This document shows, in pieces, positions 55,686 through 64,000 of a stretch of DNA of 64,000 bases (position 1 is its first letter; every line of letters starts with the position of its first letter). Below the pieces are notes generated by a model. It was not told where the DNA came from, did not search any database, and saw nothing but the letters and a program-made list of their open reading frames with translations. Position numbers and translations under genes: made by a program. The stretch is from Azolla caroliniana (lineage: Eukaryota; Plantae; Polypodiophyta): NCBI GenBank assembly GCA_043228905.1, contig JBHGNT010000007.1:7006001-7070000 (forward strand), given 5' to 3'.

Positions 55686-58600
55686 TTAGAGAGGGCTATC
55701 AAGGCGTGGGGCTACGATAGTCTGGACACTCCGGGAAAACCCCACAAGTGTACGATAGCGAAGAAGACCTGTACTATAAGTAGGAAATTTTGGTTCTCTG
55801 ACAACGGAGGGTGTACGATAGTCGACATCGTTGGCTGGAAGAAGAAAAGGGCGGAGGAGCGACTTCGGGCATGTGGTATCCTCGGCCTTGGAGAGGAAAT
55901 CAACGGAGCCGTGGAGGCGGTCTCTTTCGACGATACCTTGGGGGAGCTGCGAGAGGTAGTCGGAGGAGTCCTTAAAGAGGACCGGACGATTCCGGTATGT
56001 TCGGAAAGGATGTACGAAGTCATCGCGGACTTCAGTAGAGGGCTCGAGTCGGATCGGACAGCCCGGGTGGACACGAGGTACAAGACTGTGGACCGGAAGG
56101 TGAGGCCAGTCGCGGCTCCCTTGTCGGAGGGCAGCGAGTTGCGAATAAAGGGGGTTGCGTCGGACCCGAGTTTACAAAATCTGGCACGCATAAGACACAC
56201 GTTCACCGACATAACGCTACGTGAGCTCAAAATCGGTGGGGGCGGCTTCCTACTGCTGGCGGAAGAGGACCGGTTTCGGGGAATGCTCGGAAGGCACGGG
56301 AAGGCTTTCGCATTCTCACTGGAGGGGATCGGGTGCATAGACCCGACAGTCGTGGAACCGATGGTGATATTCATGGTGCTGCATGTGCCGTGGAGTCTCA
56401 AACCGATTCCAGTACCCAGAGCTCACATCCCGAAGTTGATGGAGCTGTTAAAGCGGAAGGTCGAGATGGGCATCCTCGAACCGTCGAGTGCCCCATACTT
56501 GAATCGGTGGTTTACTGTGCCAAAGAAGAACAGCACGCTGCGCTTTATTCAAGACCTGTAGCCGGTCAACAAGGTGACCATTTGAAACGCAGGAATCAGA
56601 CCGACAATAGACGAGTTCGCGGAGGCCTTCGCCGGAAGGTCGATTTACTCGGTCAGTGATCTCTACTCGGGGTACGATCAGTTCCAGCTAGCCATAGAGA
56701 GCAGAGACATCATGACAATGCGAACTCCTCTCGGTCTAGTACGGATGTGTACCCTACCGCAAGGAGGGACGAACTCGGTGGCTCACATGGTGAACGCAAT
56801 GAACAAGGTGCTGAGGGATTGTATCCTGGACATCACCATGTCGTTTTTGGACGACGTCCCGATCAAGGGATGCTCGGTGGAGGAAAAGGACGAGACGATT
56901 GGACCGGACGGGTGCCGGAAATTCGTGGCGACGCACATCGATGACTGCGAGAAGGTGCTGTAGAGGTTAGAGGGCGCGAGGCTCACCTTCTCCAGGGAAA
57001 AATCGACCTTCGGGCAATCAGAGATCATGGTCGTCGGACACCTATGCGAGTCGTACGGCCGGAAACCGTCTCCTGCTAAGGTAGAGGCCATCTCCGCGAT
57101 GAAGCATGACTGTAGCTCGGTCACGGAGGTTCAGAGGTTCTTGGGAGCATGTGCGTTCTACCACATATGGATCCCGCATTACGCCCACGTCGCGGAGCCG
57201 TTATACGGGTTGCTGAAAAAGGGGCGAAAATTCGAGCGGAGAGACGAGCATACAGAGTCTGTCCGAAAGATGAAGGAAGCACTTGCCGCAACTCCGGCAC
57301 TCCGAAAGGCTATCTACGGAAAGGACACTCCAATTTACGTAACGGTAGACACGAGTCCGACTGGGATTGGATGGGTCGTCAACCAAGAGGACGAAGACGG
57401 CATGCATTTCCTGATCCGGTTCGGCGCGAAGGTCCTCAGTGAGCGACAACGAGGATACGCCCAGGTTAAACGCGAGCTCTAGGGTATCGTTTCGGCGGTA
57501 AAGGCAGATAAAGACTACCTGATCGGGACAGAGGTAATTATCGAGATGGACTGCCTGCCAATTCTTGGCATGGTTTCCGGATGCGCGACGCCGAACCTGG
57601 CAATGCTCAGGTGGATAGCATACATCAAGTCCTTGAATCCGGAAATACGACACATTTCTGGGAAAGACAATGCCATGGCCGACATGCTTTCAAGGGTGAG
57701 GTTCAAAAACGAGGGCGGCATGGTTTCGGAGGACGAGGAAGTCGGCATGGACTTCTTCGAGGCGGCTTACGTAACAACCGGCAGGGAATGCACTTCAATG
57801 CTTAACGATTTCGACGAGAGCAAGTACAACGGGGAGTGGCTGCAGATCGGCGGGTTCCTGAAAACAATGACACCGGACGCGGCATGGACAAAGGATGAGG
57901 CCAACCGGATTCGGAAGAAAGCGTACTGATTCTTTCTCCGAGACGGGTACATATGGAAGCACCCGAAGAAGAGGAACGACATCCCACTCCGAGTGGTGGC
58001 GAAGAAGGAGGAACAGGAGGATTTGCTGGCGGCGTACCACGATAATCCTTGGGCTGGACACCGTGGAACATGGGCCATGTTCGAAAAGCTAAAGGGGAAG
58101 TACTGGTGGCCGGGACTATACCGGGACGTGCATCGGTTCGTGACGACTTGCGAAAGCTGTCAAGTGCACTCCATGATCCGACACTGGGACGAGCTTCACC
58201 CGACCTATCCTCCGACCGTCCACTTCAAGTGGATGGTGGATTTGGCGACGATGCCAATGGGGGTAGGATAAATGCGGTATCTGGTGCTGGCTCGGGAGGA
58301 TCTAACGAACCAGGTTGAAGGCCGAGCCCTGCAGAACAAGACGACTGCAGCCGTGTGCTGGTTTTTGATTGAGGACGTGGTATGTCAATATGGGTGCGTA
58401 GGGAAGATCGTGGCTGACCGTGGTGAGTTGGACGCAGAAGAGGCCGAAGAGCTGTTCGACAAGCTAGGAGTCAAACTTTCGCTCACCACAACGTACAATC
58501 CGGAGGCAAACGGGAAGGTAGAGTGTGGACATGGGCCGATTGTCAAAGCGCTAGTACGGGCGTGCGGAGGCCAAGTCGGGAACTGGCCACGACTGCTACC

Positions 58601-59138
58601 TTATGCCTTGTGGGCGGACCGGACTACGCACAGTTCGATAACCGGGTTCATGCCGGCAGAGCTTATGTTCGGACAGAAGCCGATCATGCCAACAGAGCGA
58701 ACGATCTCCTTGTGGGCCACGGTGGACTGGAGGGATGAGATGAGCCAGGAGGAATTGTTGGCGGCGCGGATTCGACAGCTCAAGCGGAGGCTGGAGGACG
58801 TAGAGCGAGCCGCGGAGAAACTTCGAGTAGCGAGGATAAGGAACAAAGCCCGATTCGACCGAACACACCGGCTTCGGCCAAGGAAGATCGAGGAAGGCGA
58901 CTGGGTGCTAGTCTACAATAGCAGCCTCGACAATCAGCACAAGGCCACGCGGAAGTTTGCGAGGAGGTGGTTCGGGCCTTACGTAGTAACAGGCGCCAAC
59001 GACAATGGGACGTACCATCTCGTGGAGCTCGACGGTACGAGAATGGTGATACTGATAGCGGGGAAGAGGATCAAAGCATTCAAGAAACGACACGATGGTG
59101 AGCCGGAGCTAGGAGGCATGGACAACAACGACGAGTAG
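55686..59138 (+). pseudogene. RT-RNase H-integrase ORF of the Trp-primed gypsy, in the -1 frame relative to gag-PR, several stops
   Basis: The frame is open 55686-56558 and continues in ORF pieces at 56712, 57027, 57546, 57993 and 58272-59138, broken by single stops. Confidence 0.85.
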
Positions 59139-62100
59139 CCCGAGGCGGAGGACGAACCGGTAAACGAGGAATAAAAGCAAGGACCGGTTTTCTCCAGTAG
59201 GAACCCAATTCTGGCGCATACCGGTGGATGCGCGGTTAGGTGGGGGCGGATGTCGTGAAGAAAACCGTCCCCAAGCGCAAACCGTGTATAGCGTGCGTGA
59301 ACTGGCCCTTTCACGTGGGCACGCCCCTTGTTGTATAGTAGATAGGTAGGCACAAAAGTCGAATCCTAGGTAGCAATATTCTATAGGGAGAATCGAGGAG
59401 TATCTCTCTCCGAAAGGACAGAGAATTAATGTGATGTAAACGGGTCAACGGCCTCCCTCCTTGAGCTATAAAAGAGAGGGAGACGGGGAGAGCAGGGGGG
59501 GCGCTTGAGAGGACGAAGTGTTGTCGGACTGGGACCGAGCTCTTCTTCTCTGTCGTTCTCCATAGCTTTCTTTTGCGCAGGTTCTCGAGAGGCTGATCCT
59601 GCTCCGTGGAACGCCTGTGTGCGTCCGGTAGAATCTCCATCTTGCTCCCTTGTGTGCGTGGGTGATCAGGCGTCGATATCCATCTCGCTGACCTGATCGG
59701 CTGTAACCGTTCGAGTCGTCTGCATACATATATTTATATACATACACTAGTGTTCTTATACTCTATCTCCTGTGTTGTTGGGCCGCATTCCCGTGTGCTT
59801 CTTTGTCTATACGTGTGTGAGCGTGTCTCTCTCTCTCTCTCTTTTCTCACCTATTCCTCGGTCCAAGACCCCGGTGGTCCTACCTTGTTCTCCACGCACG
59901 CGCGTAACAACGCGACACCGTTCGATCCTAAATTTAGATGAGATGATCGGCCAAGTCCTCACTGAGGATATTCGGCAAAAATCAATGGGACTCACCATCG
60001 ACGAATATGCAGAAGCCCACCACTTGATTAAGTTGATCAACTGACCGAGTAAATCGAAAGAACAAATTGACAGAATTGGTTGACATAATAGTCAATCGAA
60101 AACAAGGGGAGACTGACAATGGTCGAAGTCGAGAACCAATCGACTAGGCGACTTTTGCACCACTTCAAAAAACTTGGTCATAATTTTTTTGATTGTTGGT
60201 CGATCAAGAGGAAAGAGAGTAGTCGGTGATCTGAGCGGAATTGAGGACGGTCTAACTTGAACCACTCTCTAGTCGGCAACCAAGTCAATGTTGCCGACAC
60301 CCGATCGGGAGAAATTTTCTCCTTGTAGGACTCAATGATCGACGAAGTCCTCTACAATGCACAAGATGCACATACGTGGTTGTTGGACTCTGATGCGACA
60401 TTTCACGTAACCCCAAACATCGAATGGTTTTCTAACTATTCAGTTGAAGCCAACGACATAGTTCGACTAGGCAATGTGCAGGAGTGCAAACTTGCAGGAA
60501 TTGGTGAAGTACCAATTCAATTGTCAAATGGCAACACGATAGTCCTACACAAAGTTCAACATGTACCCGCATTGAAAAAAGAGTCTGGTCTCCATTGGCA
60601 TGTTAGCCAAAGACGGGTACAGAATGACTCTGAGTGAGTCGACATGGATGATCAACCGTGGAAACCTGAAGATAGGAAGTGGGCACAAGTACAACAACTT
60701 GTACCTAATGATGGTGATCAATCTAGAAGGGGTTGTGAACGTAGCTGAAAAGACTGACCCGAACCTATGGCATGGCCGACTCAGCCATATGTCTCAAGCC
60801 GGCCTATATCGGCTAATGGCGGTTGGCTACATTCCTAAACTCCAAGCAAAGACGGACTTATGCGAGCATTGTGGATATGGGAAATAGACCCGAAGTCCGC
60901 ACTCTCTCCATTACGAAATGGTACGATAACCCCTAGAGCTCGTGCACATATATATTTGTGGGCTTATGTCTAAGAGATCACTAGGAGGCTCCTGGTACTT
61001 CATCACATTTGTAGATAATTGTACACGGAAAGTTTGGGCCTATTCGATTAGGTCGAAAGATGAAGCGCTCGAGGTCTTCACTCGGTGGATAACTGAAGTG
61101 GAGAACCGGTCATGATACAGAGTGAAGACACTCCGATCTGACAATGGAGGAGAATACACCTCCTGAGCCTTCAAACAGTACTTGTCTGACAAAGGGATCC
61201 GGAATCAAAAGATTGTTCCATACACACCCATGCAAAATGGAGTGGCTGAACAAATCAACAAAAAAATCCAATAGAGTGATGACAATGCTCCAATAAGTTG
61301 GACTGAAGTTGGATTTCTGGGCCGAAGCATTGCAGACGGAAGTATATTTGATCAACCTGTCACCGTCGAAAGCAATCAGGCTCGAAGTGCCATAGGCAAT
61401 ATGGTCAGGAAAACGACCGACCTACGATAGGCTTCGTATATTCGGATGTGAAGCCTACACATTCATCCCCAGGGAGAAAAGGACCAAGTTGGCACCCCAT
61501 GCAACAAAATGCATATTTCTCGGTTATGGAACCGATGGGGAATTCAGTTACAGGCTATGGGACCCAGAGAATTGGAAATTGATTAAGAGTAGTGACATAG
61601 TCTTCAATGAAGACTCTATTCGCTCTGCGAGGAAAAAACAGAAGATAGTTGGTAAGAAGGTCTCCTTCAAAGTCAATAGAGACATCGTAGAAAGACCGAC
61701 CCACCGGGCCGAATCAGAGATTCGACAAACAGTTGAACTCGACCAAGCCAACAACACACTCACTGGCTCCAAATCGGTAGGAGGTTCACTAATCGAACAC
61801 AAAGACAAGGACATCAAAGACAAAGCAAAATCGACAAGAGTTGAAAAAGGTAAAGTCAACAAGGTGTGACCCAACAACAACAAAGTCGACTCGGCTGACA
61901 AACAAGCCAAGGGCCAAAGCCGAAAGGAGTCAGCTAAGACTCCTACCTTCAAGTCACTCGATCTCAAAGCAGGAGAGGATGACATGACATCAATGATCTC
62001 CTATTACAAGGGCGAGTCATCCGAAAGGACTCCTGACATAAGTGATTCAACAAATGTCGGTCGGCTGAAAGAGACAATCGAAGGATCCGAACTGATCATT

Positions 62101-62168
62101 ATGACAGTTAGAAGATCTGGACAAAATCGAAGGCCGATAGAGTTCTATCAACCGGGCTTGACTACGTC

Positions 62169-62187
62169 AACCCTAAACCCTAAACCC
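62169..62187 (+). repeat. Short interstitial telomeric sequence (CCCTAAA)2.5 at a deletion junction
   Basis: aaccctaaaccctaaaccc sits between PGLDYV and GVDYDEIFSPVVK of the old copia. Confidence 0.75.
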
Positions 62188-64000
62188 ACATGGAGTCGAC
62201 TATGACGAGATATTTTCTCCAGTAGTCAAGATGACCACCCCTCGACTCCTACTCGAGGTCGTGGCGACAGAAGACCTATAGTTGGAGGAACTAGACGTCA
62301 AGACGACTTTCCTACACGGAGATCTGGAAGAAGACATTTACATGTCTCAATCGGTAGGCTTCACGGTGACAGTGGAAGAAAGTAACCTCGTATGTCGTTT
62401 GAAGAAAAGCCTTTATGGCTTAAAACAAGCACCGAGGATGTGGTACCAGAAGTTTGGCTCCTACATCCAACAGCTCGGCTACAACTGGTCTGACTTCGAC
62501 CCATGCCTATATACTAGCAACTGATCGACGAGTCCCAGATCTATTTGATCCTATACGTCGACAACATGCTAATTGCATGGAGTAATCAAGTTGAGATCGG
62601 AAAGCTAAAGCAGAGTCTTCATGACAAGTTTGCGATGAAAGAACTTGGACAAACCCGACATATACTAGGCATACGATAGAGCGAAATCAGAAGACAAAGA
62701 CTCTTCAACTCTCCCAGTCTGACTACATCCGAAAGATGCTGAGACGCTTCAACATGGGAAATTCCAAGCCAACACTTTCTCCTTTGACGGACAAGGAGAA
62801 AGAGCTTAATGGAAAGATACCCTACGCATCGGCCGTAGAAAGTATCATGTACGCGATGCTAGCGACTAGACCCGACCTTGCCTATGTCGTAGGGGTCGTC
62901 AGATGGTACATGTCAAACCCAGGATGAAAGCATTGGGAGGTCGTCAAGCACATCTTCAAGTACCTCAGAGGGACCGAAGATGCACAATTGACTTTCAGAT
63001 CGGCAAACCTGACCGAAGTCAAAGGCTACACCGACTCCAATTACGCCGGGAATTCGGACAATCAGAAGTTGACATCATGCTATGTTTTCACCTATGGCAC
63101 CAACGCTATATCATGGAGGTTGAAGCTTCAAGAGTGCATGGCCTTGTCGACCATAGAGGCCAAGTACATAACATCATCAGAGGCAACGAAGGAAGCAATA
63201 TGGTTGTACCGACTGTCAACCGACTTCTTAGCAACAAGTCGAATTGACCATCTAGCGTCGACCATCTACTACGACTCACAAAGTGCAATACACCTCATCA
63301 ATAATTATGTCTATCATGCGAAGACAAAGCATATTGAGGTGCGATATCATCATATCGGAGAACTTGTAACCGAGAAGAAGCTCGAAGTCTAGAAGATCGA
63401 CACCGAGGTGAACATTGTCAATTGCCTGACAAAGTCACTCCCAAATCAATGTGTCGGAGCATTTAGGACAAAGATGGGACTATGACAAGAGATCAAGTAG
63501 AAGAAAGACGAATAAGGAGCATAAGGTAAGTCGAAGATCTTACCGATTCAAAGAGCCGAACCGGATGACTAGCCGAATCAGGCTAGATACCAACTTTATC
63601 TCTGCGGACTCGGCTATGTGCCGAACGACTTGTAACCATAATTTTAGATTGAAATTGTAATCTAGGTTTACGAGGGAGATAACCCCATACAATTGCAATT
63701 AGAATGCGCAGTTCTTTTACGGGGGAGTTTGTTGACATAAAAGGTTGACTCCTTCCACCTTGTATCCTTACTAGTGTGAACAGGTCCAATAGTTAGGGCT
63801 TGAGTATATAAGCCCAAACCTAACTTTGTAATACATGTTGCTTGATCATCTTGTATCATGAGTCTCCGAGTGAGAGAAACACGGAGAATAATGAGGATCA
63901 CCATTGAAGCTTAACTTCATGTCTATCTATTCTTTTAGCTACATATCCGTGTAAGTTGTTTGTTGTGCATAACTGATAGGTCCTCAAATGTTCTTCCACG

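Larger units (their letters stand above)
48738..55689 (+). pseudogene. Gag-protease ORF of the Trp-primed gypsy, split by the nested element (48738-49919 + 54747-55689)
   Basis: EEADR|AEKRV rejoins across the insertion. CCHC knuckle at ~49593 and protease motif at ~55305. The frame ends EDF* at 55687-55689, with a premature TGA at 55675. Confidence 0.8.
48024..59917 (+). mobile_element. tRNA-Trp-primed non-chromovirus Ty3/gypsy element (middle layer), pol-encoding but with stops
   Basis: LTRs 48024-48691 and 59251-59917. TSD CTGT/CCGT. PBS TGGTGAACCCGACGTGAA at 48699-48716; PPT ttaggtgggggcgga just before 59251. Gag with CMWCDAVGHIRKDC, protease LVDHGSEINLM, RT LPQGGTNS...FLDD, RH VTVDTSPTGIG, INT GHRG..CESCQ..VADRGE..PEANG, GPY module. 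No chromodomain. Confidence 0.93.
47287..64000 (+). mobile_element. Old decayed Ty1/copia element (outer layer of the nest), interrupted in gag at 48023/59918; 3' LTR runs off the window
   Basis: 5' LTR 47287-47571 and PBS tggtatcaaagc at 47574. Gag LWEKL...LLSSLP. After 59918: WLLDSDATFHV, LWHGRLSH, CEHC, LDVKTTFLHG, LYGLKQAPR, YTDSNYAG, KTKHIEVRYH. PPT ggggggag at ~63720; 3' LTR from 63730. Confidence 0.93.

Overview
This is eukaryotic land-plant nuclear DNA: GT-AG introns, plant MYB and cullin genes, plant tRNA primer-binding sites and CCCTAAA motifs. A fern or other non-seed plant is a guess only. Three host genes sit in the left half: a DIVARICATA-type two-repeat MYB (+), a 4-exon ankyrin-repeat gene (+) and an intact 19-exon Cullin-1 (-). 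Most of the rest is LTR retrotransposon. (1) A decayed copia at 1-~4400. (2) A decayed chromovirus-type gypsy at 31783-40511, carrying a hAT-type MITE, a solo LTR and a 670-bp duplication. (3) An intact, very young copia at 41606-47052, with 1 LTR mismatch and an AAGAG TSD. (4) A three-level nest: an old copia holds a tRNA-Trp-primed gypsy, which holds a pol-less gag-only element in reverse orientation. The most interesting system is the Trp-primed pair. The pol-encoding and gag-only elements have different LTR bodies and divergent Gag. They share the termini, ~55 bp of U5, the PBS, the PPT and a co-varying pre-PPT hairpin with a palindromic ACCGGT loop. All three insertions of this group show 4-bp CpG-centred TSDs, and the pol-encoding element has a G_GAT_TTT_TAG -1 frameshift candidate between protease and RT. 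All coordinates and mismatch counts were read by eye; no searches were run.
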